Below are positions 1 to 11,333 of a DNA stretch of 64,000 nt, in pieces. This DNA is from Mobula birostris (lineage: Eukaryota): assembly GCF_030028105.1 (NCBI RefSeq), contig NC_092374.1, positions 188,450,638 through 188,514,637 on the forward strand. Reading direction: 5' to 3'. The number at the start of each line of letters is the position of its first letter. Positions within the stretch are counted from its first letter, which is position 1. The position numbers and the translations under genes are program-made. A model generated the notes under the pieces. It saw only the letters and a list, made by a program, of their open reading frames with translations. It was not told the DNA's origin and did no database searches.

Positions 1-318
1 CAAGAAACCTTCCTGAACACACCTAACAAACTCCACCCCATCTAAACCCTTTGCTCTAGGGAGATGCCAATCGATATTTGGGAAATGAAAATCTCCCATC
101 ACAACAACTCTGTTATTATTACACCTTTCCAGGATCTGTTTCCCTACCTGCTCCTCGATATCCCTGTTAATATTGGGTGGTCTATAAAAAACACCCAGTA
201 AAGCTATTGACCCTTTCTTGTTCCTAACCTCCACCCACAGAGACTCCGTAGACAATCCCTCCATGGCGTCCACCTTTTCTGCAGCCATAACACTGTCTAA
301 TCAACAGTGCCACACCCC
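1..318 (-). mobile_element. CR1 LINE fragment, apurinic endonuclease region of ORF2
   Basis: Manual minus-strand translation gives ...ESLWVEVRNKKGSIALLGVFYRPPN...RVVVMGDFHFPNIDW..., the typical CR1 APE motifs (YRPP, GDFN-like). Runs off the window start. Confidence 0.8.
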
Positions 319-445
319 CACCTCTTTCCCATGTAGGTTATGGGAGAAGCAGGAGAGTGGAGTCGAGAGGAAAATGGGTCAGTCATGGTGAAATGGGAGA
401 GCAGAGTCAATGGCTGAATGGCCTATTTCTGCTCCTATATCTTAT

Positions 446-620
446 GGAAATCCAGAGTAACACTCACATACACTGGTGCTGGAGGAACTCAGCAGGTCAG
501 GCTGCATTCATGGAGAGGAATGAACAGTCGACGTTTCAAGCTGAGACCCTTCATCAGTATCATTCCTCTCCATAGATGCTGTCTGATGTGCAGAATTCCT
601 GCAACAATTTGTGTCTGTTC
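446..620. repeat. Inverted pair of Penelope pLTR-derived arms with a hammerhead core in the loop
   Basis: Arms ~477-522 and ~561-606 are reverse complements, with ATGGAGAGGAATG / CATTCCTCTCCAT exact. They match the PLE terminus at 9140-9261. Confidence 0.7.
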
Positions 621-688
621 ATGAGAACTTGTCCAAGCTGAACAGCATCCAACCGTACTATAAATGCTCAGTGACACAAGCTACTCAC

Positions 689-994
689 CAAAGATTCGCA
701 ATTCTCTTTTTCTCGGCTCCTGACCATCAATGCTGATAGTATAATTTCCCTGGTCACTTGTCTTTAAATTGCTTAATAATAAATCTCCAGTGGACAGATT
801 AAAATTTAAACGATCTTCAAAATATTTGTTTGGTTTCACTTCTGGGTGGTTTGGTCCAACATCCAAAATGGTGAACTCGGTTCCATTGTTGCTAGTGAAC
901 TCCCACACAACTTCACGACCATGGAGATCAGCACTGTTTCCAGACTCCAACAAAACATTCGAACCAAGGGCACCCTCAACTTGCATCGTTTCAG
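689..994 (-). CDS. Gene A exon 2: IgV-type domain of a CD2/SLAM- or CEACAM-like receptor
   Basis: Acceptor ttttttttccttccttaatgcccag|CT, donor TTTG|gtgagt, 306 nt, phase 1-1. Peptide (A)ETMQVEGALGSNVLLESG...EVVWEF...EDRLNFNLSTGDLLLSNLKTSDQGNYTISID...ELRIF has the C-strand Trp, the LxLxxLxxxDxGxY motif and no Cys. Three N-glycosylation sequons (NGT, NLS, NYT). Confidence 0.9.
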
Positions 995-1193
995 CTGGGC
1001 ATTAAGGAAGGAAAAAAAAAATCAATTAAGTTGCATCCTTGAAAAAGGTGAAATGTGGGCAGGGGTCAAGGCAAGGTGATAAATGAAATAGACATAAGAA
1101 CTCCTCTCAATAAGGGGCATTTGCACTAGACACAGGTCTAAAATTAAAACGGAAAATATTGGACGTGTTCAACAGGTCAAGCAGCATCAGAGG

Positions 1194-4100
1194 TAGTGCC
1201 GGATTAACCTAATAGCAAAAGTAGCATTTGCTACTGGCCCCACAGTAAATGCTTGCAAGCTGCAGTCTGGTGAAATCAACATCTCACTGTATTCTCACAA
1301 CGATCTGGCTACGCTGTTGTTTTCATGTCGGGGGAGCTGCATGCTGCATGGTATGTGTGTGCAGGCTTGTGTTGGTTCCTTGCTGTGTTGTGGTGACCTT
1401 TGTGCTATCTCCCATGCTCCCAAGCCGCTGCAGCGTGCGCTGTTACGCTGCTGGAGGGTGCGCCACTGACTTTGATTGTGCGCTATGTTCTGCCATCTGG
1501 ACCAGTTGACAGATTTGTGAAGTTTTTGGATATGGAAGGGCATAGTGCTGAACAGCTCGCTCATAGTTTACTTGACTTTTTAAGGGAAAATGACATTGAT
1601 AGAAAAGACTGCCGTGGTCAAAGTTATGACAATGCCAGCAACATGAGTGGCAAGTATAGTGGCTTACAATCACGAATTAAAGAGCTGAATGAGTGTGCAG
1701 ATTACATTCCATGTTTTGCACATTCACTAATTTGGATGGAAAATGTGCTGCTGAATATTGTCAAGAAGCATTACTTTTCTTTCAATTTGTAGAAAGCCTG
1801 TACACATTTTTTTCTGCTTCTACTTATCGGTGGGATCTCCTTTCTGCTGCATTATCTGATGGTGGTGCTCATTTGCCCATTGTGAAAAGAATGTCAGATA
1901 CTTTATTGTCGCCAAACAATTGATACTAGAGCATACAATCATCACAGCGACATTTGATTCTGCGCTTCGCAATCCCTGGAGTACAAATCGATAGTAAATA
2001 GTAAAAATTTAAATTATGAATCATAAATAGAAAATAGAAAAGGGAACGTAAGCTAGTGCAAAAAACTGAGAGGTAGGTCCGGATATTTGGAGGGTACGGC
2101 CCAGATCCGGGTCAGCATCCGTTCAGCAGTCTTATCACAGTTGGAAAGAAGCTGTTCCCAAATCTGGCCATACGAGTCTTCAAGCTCCTGAGCCTTCTCC
2201 CGGAGGGAAGACGGACGAAAAGTGTGTTGGCTGGATGGGTCGTGTCCTTGATTATCTTAGCAGCACTGCTCCGACAGCGTGCGGTGTAAACTGAGTCCAA
2301 GGACAGAAGATTGGTTTGTGTGATGTGCTGGGCTGTGTTCACGATCTTCTGCAGCTTCTTCTGGTCTTGGACAGGACAACTTCCATACCAGGTTGTGATA
2401 CACCCTAGAAGAATGTTTTCTATGGTGCATCTATAAAAATTAGTGAGGGTTTTAGGGGACAGGCCAAATTTCTTTAGCTTTCTCAGGAAGTAAAGGTGCT
2501 GGTGGGCCTTCTTGGCAGTGAACTCTGCTTGGTTGGACCAAGTCAGGTCATTTGTGATATTGACCCCGAGGATCTTAAAGCTTTTGACCTGTTCCACTTG
2601 CGCACCACCGATGTAAATAGGGTTGTGCGGGCCGCTACTCCTTCTGAAGTCAACAACCAATTCCTTCGTCTTGCTGACGTTGAGGGATAGGTTATTGTCT
2701 TCACACCATGCCACCAGGTTCTTAATTTCCTCTCTGTACTCAAACTCATCATTACCCAAGATATGGCCTACAATTGTGGTGTCATCAGCAAACATATATA
2801 TTGAGTTCGATTGGAACTTGGCTACACAATCATGGGTGTACAGTGAGTACAGCAGGGGGCTAAGTACATAGCCTTGTGGGGCACCGGTGCTCAGAGTAAT
2901 TGTAGAGAAGAGCTTGTCCCTTATTTTTACAGCCTGGGTCCTGTCTGTGAGGAAGTTGAAGATCCAGCTGCAGATCTAAGTGCTAAGACGTAGGTTCCAG
3001 AGCTTAGGGATCAGTTTATTTGGAATGATAGTATTAAAGGCAGAGCTGTAATCAATAAAAAGGAGCCTTACGTATATGTCTATTCTACAAATGTTCCAAA
3101 GAGGAATGTAGGGCCAAAGATGTGGCATTTGCCGTTGACCTGTTGCTCCGGTAGGCGAATTGCAAAGTGTCGAGGTTGACCGGTAGGCTGTGGTTGATGT
3201 GTGCCATAACCAATCGCTCGAAGCACTTCATAGCAATTGATGTCAGAGCCACAGGTCGATAGTCATTTGGGCATGCCACCTTGCTCTTCTTCGGCACCGG
3301 GATCATCGTTGCCTTCTTAAAACACAAGGGGATCTTAGACTGAAGCAAGGAGCAGTTGAAGATGTCAGCAAATATTCCAGCTAGCTCACTTGCACAGGCC
3401 CAGAGAACCTGTCCTGGGACGCCATCTGGGCCCGTCGCCTTCCTTGGATTTATCTTCAGGAAGGCCCTTCTAATGTCCTCCTCAGTGATGATGAATCTCG
3501 ATGTCACCAGGTCCGGTTCATCCGGAGGGAGCGGGACGCTCCTTTTCGAATCTTGCATAGAATACGTTAAGTTCATCAGGAAGAGAAGTGCCACAGTTAT
3601 TGATATTCCCAGCCTTTTCTTTGTGCCCAGTGATCTCATTTAGACCCTGCCATAGTCTACCGACATCCCTCTGGTTAGCCTGGGCTTCCAACTTGGTTTG
3701 ATATTGCCTCTTGGCGCCCTTAATGGCTTTCCGGAGTTCACGCCTGGATTCCGTGTAGCGACTGGCATCCCCGGACCTAAAAGCCACAGCTCTAGCCTTC
3801 AAAAGGGACTTGACCTCATAATTCATCCAAGGTTTCCAGTTAGGGAATACCCAGATCGTCTTGCGAGACACACAGTCCTCCATGCATTTCCAAATAAAGT
3901 CTGTGACAGCTGAGGCATACTCCTCGAGGTTAGCTGCCGAGTCCCTGAATACTAACCAGTCCACTGATTCAAAACAGTCACGGAGGACCTCATCCGTTTC
4001 CTCCATCCAACGTGACACTACTTTTGACACCGTGACCTCCCGGTTCAATTTCTGTTTGTAAGCCGGGAGGAGGAGTACGGCCTAATGGTCCGATTTTCTG

Positions 4101-5521
4101 AAGTGAGGTCGTGGGACGGAATGGTAGGCATCCTTGACTGCTGTGTAGCAGTGGTTAAGTATATTCGGGCCTCTAGTGGGGCAGGAAACATGTTGGTATA
4201 ACTTTGGCTAAGGTTGGCTTGGTTAAAGTCCCCAGCTGTAATGAGCAAAGCCTCCAGATACCTGGTCTCAAGTTCACTTACGTTGGCATACAGTATGTTC
4301 AGAGCAGGTGGTCAGCTTGTGCAGATGAAACAAAAGCACTCTTACACAGCTTTTCTGCAATAAAACAAGTCTTGGATGACATTTCAAATAACAATGATCA
4401 GAAGGCAGGGTGTTGACAACAGGCTCATGGACTACTTTCAACCATGATGAAGTTGGAAACAGGAATATTGGTCACATTGTGGGATCAAGTATTACAGTGT
4501 TTTCAAATGACCAGTGCTTCTTTGCAATCTTCTGGCCAAGACTTGAACACAGCTTGTGCACTCTATGAATCCTTGCATGGATATATTCAAGCTATGCAGT
4601 CTACTTTTTCAGACATTGAGCAAAAATCCAAGGATCTGACTAAGTGTGAAGATTATCAACAGCAAACTTGAAGAAAACACAAGCAAAATCGCGCGTACGA
4701 TGATTTCAGTGGTTCCAGCACTCTTGATCCACTTGTTGAATCTCAAACGCCTTCTCAGAAGTTTAAAAGCTGAACATTTTTTGCCATTATTGACAGCTTG
4801 CTTTCTGCCCTGTCAAAAAGGCAGAAAGCTTATCTAAAGGTGAATGGTGTTTTTGAATTCCTTCTTCAGTTACCATTGTTTACACCTGAAGAGATCGTAA
4901 AGAGGTCGTCAAATCTTTATTAAATCATATCTGGAAGATCTGGAAGAAAGTCTTGATGAAGAACTTGTGCAGTTTACTGAACTGTTGAAAACTGATCTTG
5001 TTTCTCATATTGGCACCAAACAAGACCTTGTAGAGTTACAGTTGTACCGTTTGATAACTGACAATTCTTTGGAGTCATGTTTTCCAAATGTAGAAAATGC
5101 CTTGTGCATCTATTTGTCACTCATGGTGACCAAATGCAGTGGAGAACGCTCATTTTCAAAACTGAAAAGGATTAAAAATGCACTAAGGAGCACCATGGGT
5201 CAAAACAGATTGAACAATCTCACTCTAATGAGCATTGAACATGAACTTCTGCGTGATATAGACATTTCCAGTATCATCAACAAATTTGCTCATGCTAAAT
5301 CTAGATAACATAACTTTTAAATTGTAGTTTTGTTATTTTTGACATTTGAAATTGATACCTATGTGTAAGTAATACTACTACTGAAGTGTCAGACATTTGT
5401 CGTATTATCTGGCTGTATGAAAAAAAAAATTACTTTACTATGCAAGTAAATAATTTATGTTTTAATACTTATGTGCATTTTTTAAAAATTTAGGGCCCCA
5501 CACTAGCTTAATCCGGCCCTG
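1194..5521 (+). mobile_element. hAT DNA transposon (ZMYM1/Blackjack-like), internally deleted and disrupted
   Basis: TIRs TAGTGCCGGATTAA (1194) and TTAATCCGGCCCTG (to 5521). 8-bp TSD atcagagg / atgagagg. Transposase motifs CRGQSYDNASNMSG..PCFAHSL, SDT|RWS, and the dimerisation domain ERSFSKLKRIKNALRSTMGQNRLNNL. Confidence 0.93.
1903..4305 (-). mobile_element. Rex1/Babar-type LINE, 5'-truncated, nested in the hAT transposase
   Basis: RT fragments 3518-4048, 3085-3639 ([25 protein letters not shown]) and 2112-2795 (FADDTT). The insertion splits hAT codons exactly between GAT ACT (to 1902) and AGG TGG TCA (from 4306). Confidence 0.9.
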
Positions 5522-6747
5522 ATGAGAGGAGAGTGAAAGAGTTCAGTTTGAGATCAATGACCTTGACACACAACTGCTGAAAATCAACAACCTGAAAACT
5601 TTTCCTCCCATCACCTCCCTGCTGTTGTTTCTCCCCCTCCCCCTCTCTCATCTCTTCCGTTTACGTCAGATCGATTCCCCTACCCACTCACCCACCCACC
5701 CCAACCCCCAATGCAGTCTGACCCACTGAGTCTTTGCAACTTCACTAGAGCCTTGTTTGAAGGCGACCCTCTCCGCCATGAGGAGGTACTTGGTGTCCCT
5801 ATCCCAGACCCTTCCACACCTTCGGGACACTTTCTTCGCCGGCTGTAATGGTCGTACCCGTTATTTCATCCTCCGTCGGATTCACGCCTGCAATCGCCGT
5901 TTTTTTGACTTTGTCATATTAGGCAAAGATCGCAAGATCCTACATCTGCAGACCCCAGAGCCTGCTGGCCATGAAACTAGCAGGCATGAACTTCAGATTG
6001 CAGCCTCTGCCATTGATCTCGCCGGTTCCAACACCTCAGGGCATATTCAAAACCCAGACTCCAGCAACGCCCATGGACACCTTCACAGCGATTGCGCAAC
6101 CACCAACTGCAACTCCAGCCTTGAACTCCAGGCCGGGTCTTTATGTGCTGCTGTTGTGACTCCCGTCTCCCCTTCCCCCACCACCACTCTGCAACCCCGT
6201 CTCCCTCAGATCCCACTGTCAACTCCTGGGCCCCATCTTCCTCTCACCCCAACCCTCCCCTCTCCACTGACACCCCCAGCCTCCCCCCACCCCCTCTGAT
6301 CCCAGCTCTCATCCATGCCGGATCTTTACCATCCCCTCCGACCTTCAACTGTCTCAGGCAGAATGCTCTATCCTCAGTAAGGGCCTCAACTTTGTCCCCC
6401 TTCGCCCACACCTCAGTGAGTTCCGCGTTCGCCATGACACGGAACTGTTCTTCCGCCGTCTCCCAGCCTACTTCTTCGGCAAGGACTCTTCCACCCCCAC
6501 CGATGACCTCTTCTCCCATCTTCAACCCTCCTCCTCTTCATGGACACCCCGCTCTGGTCTTCTGCCTGCTCTGGATCTCTTTATTGCTAACTGCCGATGG
6601 GATATCAACCGTCTCGACTTCACTGCACCTTGTTCCAATTCCAACCTCACTCCTTCTGAACGCTCTGCTCTCCACTCCCTCTGCACTAATCCTAACCTTA
6701 CTATTAAACCCGCCGATAAGGGAGGTGCTGTTGTAGTCTGGCACACT

Positions 6748-7096
6748 AAGATCGTAAGACATAGGAGCAGAATTAGGCCATTCAGCCCATCAAGTCCACA
6801 CCACTATTTCACCATGGCTGATCCCTGATTCCCTGATAGCTTGATGCCCCAACTGATCAGGAATCCACTTTACATCTGTCCACGGACTTGGACTCCACTG
6901 CATCCCACAGATTCATCATTCTTTGGCTAAAAAAATTCCTCTTCACTTCTGTTCTAAAAGGTCGCCCCCCCCCTCCCAATTTTGAGGCTGTGCTCTTTAG
7001 TTCTGGATACTCCCACTAGAGGAAACATCCTCGCCACATACACCTTATCTAGTCCTTTCAACATTCGATGGGTTTCAATGAGATCCCCGTGCATTT
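6748..7096 (-). mobile_element. CR1 3'-end fragment nested in the Penelope ORF
   Basis: Reverse complement of the CR1 terminus (atggcctaattctgctcctatgtcttacgatctt). It splits the PLE peptide VVVWHT|DLYLAEA. Confidence 0.85.
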
Positions 7097-9143
7097 GACC
7101 TCTACCTTGCTGAGGCACAGCGACAACTCGCGGATACCTCCTCTTATTTACCCCTCAATCGTGACCTCACTAAGGAGCACCGGGCCATTGTCTCCCACAC
7201 CATCACCCACTTTATCCACTCAGGGGATCTCCCATCCACTGCTACCAACCTTATAGTTCCCACACCTCGCACTTCCCATTTCTACCTCCTACCCAAGATC
7301 CACAAACCTGCCTGTCCTGGCCGACCTATTGTCTCAGCTTGCTCCTGCCCCACCGAACTCGTTTCTGCATACCTCGACATGGTTTTATTCCCCCCTTGTT
7401 TAATCCCTTCCGACCTATGTTCGTGACACTTCTCATGCTCTTAAACTTTTCGGTGATTTTAAGTTCCCTGGCCCTCACTGCTTTATTTTCACCATGGATG
7501 TCCAGTCCCTATATACTTCCATCCCCCATCAGGAAGGTCTCAAATCTTTCCGCTTCTTTTTGGATTCCAGACCTAATCAGTTCCCCTCTACCACCACTCT
7601 GCTCCGTCTAGCGGAATTAGTCTTTACTCTTAATAACTTCTCCTTTGGCTCCTCCCACTTTCTCCAAACTAAAGGTGTAGCTATGGGCACCCGTATGGGT
7701 CCTAGCTATGCCTGCCTTTTTGTTGGCTTTGTGGAACAATCTATGTTCCGAACCTATTCTGGTATCTGTCCCCCACTTTTCCTTCACTACATCGACGTCT
7801 GCATTGGCGCTGCTTCCTGCACGCATGCTGAGCTCGTTGACTTTATTAACTCTGCCTCCAACTTTCACCCTGCCCTCAAGTTTACCTGGTCCATTTCTGA
7901 CACCTCCCTCCCCTTTCTAGATCTTTCTGTCTCTATCTCTGGAGACAGCTTATCTACTAATGTCTACTATAAGCCCACTGACTCTCACAGCTATCTGGAC
8001 TATTCCTCTTCTCACCCTGTCTCTTGCAAAAATGCCATCCCCTTCTCGCAATTCCTCCGTCTCCGCGGCATCTGCTCTCAGGATGAGGCTTTTCATTCCA
8101 GGACAAGGGAGATGTCCACCTTTTTTTTCAAGAAAGGGGCTTCCCTTCCTCCACCATCAATTCTGCTCTCAAATGCATCTCCCCCATTTCATGCACATCT
8201 GCTCTCACTCCATCCTCCCGGCACCCCACGAGGAATAGGGTTCCCCTGGTCCTCATGTACCACCCCACCAGCCTCCGGGTCCAACAAATAATTCTCCGTA
8301 ACTTCCGCCACCTCCAACAGGATCCCACCACTAAGCACATCTTTCTCTCCCCCCCTCCACCTTCCACAGGGATCACTCCCTATGCGACTCCCTTGTCCAT
8401 TTGTCCCCCCCATCCCTCCCCACTGATCTCCCTCCTGGCACTTATCCTTGTAAGCAGAACAAGTGCTACACATGCCCTTACACTTCCTCCCTTACCACCA
8501 TTCAGGGCCCCAGACAGTCCTTCCAGGTGAGGCGACACTTCACCTGTGAGTCGGCTGGGGTGATATACTGCATCCGGTGCTCCCGATGTGGCCTTCTATA
8601 CATTGGCGAGACCCGATGCAGACTGGGAGATCATTTCACTGAACACCTACGCTCTGTCCACCAGAGAAAGCAGGATCTCCCAGTGGCCACACATTTTAAT
8701 TCCACATCCCATTCCCATTCTGATATGTCTATCCACGGCCTCCTCTACTGTAAAGATGAAGCCACACTCAGGTTGGAGGAACAACAGCTTATATTCCGTC
8801 CGGGTAGTCTCCAACCTAATGGCATGAACTTTGACTTCTCTAACTTCCGCTAATGCCTCACCTCCCCCTCGTACCCCATCCGTTATTTATTTATATACAC
8901 ACATTCTTTCTCTCTCTCCTTTTTCTCCCTCTGTCCCTCTCACTACACCCCTTGCCCATCCTCTGGGTCCCCCCCCCCTTGTCTTTCTTCCTGGGCCTCC
9001 TGTCCAATGATCCTCTCATATCCCCTTTGCCAATCACCTGTCCAGCTCTTGGCTCCATCCCTCCCCCTCCTGTCTTCTCCTATCATTTTGGATCTCCCCC
9101 TCCCCCTCCAACTTTCAAATCTCTTACTCACTCTTCCTTCAGT

Positions 9144-9180
9144 TAGTCCTGACGAAGGGTCTCGGCCGAAACGTCGACTG
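9144..9180 (+). ncRNA. Minimal type I hammerhead ribozyme motif in the Penelope pLTR
   Basis: tagtc-CTGACGA-a-GG(gtctcgg)CC-GAAA-C-GTC^-gactg. Stem I tagtc/gactg, intact CUGANGA and GAAA core, GUC cleavage triplet after 9175, and helix III reduced to palindromic ACGU as known for PLE hammerheads. Confidence 0.8.
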
Positions 9181-9297
9181 TACCTCTTCCTAGAGACGCT
9201 GCTGGCCTGCTGCGTTCACCAACAACTTTGATGTGTGTTGCTTGAATTTCCAGCATCTGCAGCCTTAACTAGACGCCGTAACCTACGCAAGTGGCCT

Positions 9298-11118
9298 AAC
9301 TACAAGATCCTGTCCAAGGCTATCGCCAACAGGGTCAAGTCTGCTCTGGGACAGGTGATCCACCCGGACCAAACCTGTGCTGTACCGGGCAGGAAGATCT
9401 CAGACAGCCTCGCGCTGCTGAGGGACACCATCGCCTACGTGCAGGACAGGGGGGTGGACGCCTGCCTGGTCAGCTTGGACCAGGAGAAAGCCTTCGACAG
9501 GATATCGCACACGTACATGGCGGACGTGCTCTCCAAAATGGGATTTGGGGAGGGAATCCGGAATTGGATCAGACTGCTCTACACAGACATCCGTAGTGCA
9601 GTCCAGGTCAACGGGTGGGAAACAGACAGCTTCCCCATCAGGTCTGGAGTCAGGCAGGGCTGCCCCCTCTCCCCTGTCTTGTTTGTCTGCTGCATAGAAC
9701 CCTTTGTGGAAGCCATCAGGAGGGATGGGGGCATAAGAGGGGTGACGCTGCCAGGCAGTGGAGGGACCCAAGTGAAAACCTCCCTGTACATGGACGACGT
9801 CACCGTCTTCTGCTCTGATCCGAGGTCAGTTCGCAGGTTGATTGGCACCTGCGAACAGTTCGAGCTAGCGTCGGGGGCCAGGCTCAACCGCACAAAGAGC
9901 GAAGCCATGCTCTTTGGCAACTGGCCCGACCGATCCAGCGTCCCCTTCACCATCAGGTCTGACCACGTGAAGGTGTTGGGGATCTGGTTCGGAGGGGCTG
10001 AGGCGTGCAACAAGAACTGGCAGGAGCGGACTGCCAAGGTGAAACAGAAACTGGGACTGTGGGGAGGGCGCTCCCTGTCGATAACGGGCAAGAACCTAGT
10101 CATCAGGTGTGAGGTGCTCTCAGGGCTGCTGTACTTGGCGCAGGTCTGGCCCGTTCCCCGCTCCTACAGCTCGGAAATCACCCGAGCTGTCTTCAGATTC
10201 GTCTGGGGATCCAAGATGGAGCGGGTGAGACGGACCGCCATGCACAAGTCCCTGGACAATGGGGGCAAGAACGTCCCCAATGTTGCCCTCACCCTGATGG
10301 CCAGCTTCGTATGTGGCTGCATCAGGTTGTGTGTAGAGCCCAGGTATGTGGGCACCAAGTACCACTATGTGCCCAGGTTCTACTTGTCGCCCTGGCTACG
10401 AAGGATGGGTCTGGCCCCACTCCCGCGCAACGCCCCAGTCAGCTGGTCGTTGCTGGCATACCTATCCCACGTAGCAAAGTTCTTCCAGGAGAACGCCTTT
10501 GACCACAAGGCCATCAGGCAGTGGTCGGCACGAAGTGTCCTGCAGGCACTGCAGGAGAAGGACGTGATGGACACAGTGGGGTGGTTCCCTGAGCAGACTG
10601 TCCAGTTCATCTGGCAAAATGCCTCATCGCCAGATCTCAGCAACAGGCACCAAGACCTCGCCTGGCTGGCGGTGAGAGGGGCCCTCCCAGTCAGAGCCCT
10701 CCTGTACGCCCGGAACGTCATCTCCGCACCCCACTGCCCACGGGAGGACTGCAGTGAGGAGGAGTCTGTGACCCACCTCTTTGCACACTGCCAGTTCGCA
10801 AAGAGGGTGTGGAGGAGGATGGACGGGCTAGTGTCACGTTTCATCCCCAGCAGCTGCGTGACAGAGGACTCCCTGATCTACGGGCTGTTCCCGGGGACGC
10901 ACACGGAGACCAACATCCGGTGCTGCTGGCAGATCATCAACTCGGTGAAAGACGCTCTTTGGTCAGCCCGAAACTTGATGATCTACCAGCACATGGAGAT
11001 GTCCGTGGCAGAATGCTGCCGACTGGCACACTCTCGGCTGCAGGAGTACGTGCTGAGGGACGCACTGAAACTTGGTGCAGCCACCGCAAGGGCCCGGTGG
11101 GGAAGGACCACAGTATAG
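9298..11118 (+). CDS. Tx1 ORF2 C-terminal part: RT domain + zf-RVT
   Basis: YKILSKAIANRV, SLDQEKAFDRI, SGVRQGCPLSP, LYMDDV and CPREDCSEEESVTHLFAHC, with no stops over ~600 codons. The first ~20 residues of the ORF-track call (from 9235) are flanking DNA. Confidence 0.9.
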   Translation, partial: NYKILSKAIANRVKSALGQVIHPDQTCAVPGRKISDSLALLRDTIAYVQDRGVDACLVSLDQEKAFDRISHTYMADVLSKMGFGEGIRNWIRLLYTDIRSAVQVNGWETDSFPIRSGVRQGCPLSPVLFVCCIEPFVEAIRRDGGIRGVTLPGSGGTQVKTSLYMDDVTVFCSDPRSVRRLIGTCEQFELASGARLNRTKSEAMLFGNWPDRSSVPFTIRSDHVKVLGIWFGGAEACNKNWQERTAKVKQKLGLWGGRSLSITGKNLVIRCEVLSGLLYLAQVWPVPRSYSSEITRAVFRFVWGSKMERVRRTAMHKSLDNGGKNVPNVALTLMASFVCGCIRLCVEPRYVGTKYHYVPRFYLSPWLRRMGLAPLPRNAPVSWSLLAYLSHVAKFFQENAFDHKAIRQWSARSVLQALQEKDVMDTVGWFPEQTVQFIWQNASSPDLSNRHQDLAWLAVRGALPVRALLYARNVISAPHCPREDCSEEESVTHLFAHCQFAKRVWRRMDGLVSRFIPSSCVTEDSLIYGLFPGTHTETNIRCCWQIINSVKDALWSARNLMIYQHMEMSVAECCRLAHSRLQEYVLRDALKLGAATARARWGRTTV

Positions 11119-11333
11119 GTTTCTCCACCCGTGGGAGTGGGAGGGGTCGGTGGGCGGGGAGTATACCCCTCAACAATGAGATGCTAAGCTGAACTACTGG
11201 AGTGCCACGTGGGTGGCTATAAACACGGGTATTTTACTGAGTATAATGGAAACGTATGTAAAGGATGAAAAGTTATTGAATGGTTTATTGTATATATTTA
11301 TTTTTGAATAAAGTATATTTTGAAATAAAAAAA
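9298..11333 (+). mobile_element. Tx1-clade LINE, 5'-truncated, young
   Basis: Uninterrupted RT ORF, a 3' UTR, AATAAA at 11307-11312 and a short A tail to 11333. Confidence 0.92.

Larger units (their letters stand above)
5715..9261 (+). mobile_element. Penelope-like retroelement (RT + GIY-YIG endonuclease + pLTR), frameshifted
   Basis: Motifs IKPADKGGAVVVW, FYLLPKIHK..GRPIVS, MDVQSLYTSIP, GVAMGTRMGPSYACLF, and GIY-YIG VIYCIRCSRCGLLYIGET (8401-8853). The catalytic YIDD reads YIDV. 3' pLTR with hammerhead. 5' boundary approximate. Confidence 0.92.

Noticed and set aside
1928-4306. AGAGCA as a TSD of the Rex1 insertion
   Set aside because: Restoring the hAT frame (GAT ACT|AGG TGG) places the junctions at 1902/1903 and 4305/4306, so both hexamers are largely LINE-internal and the match is coincidental.
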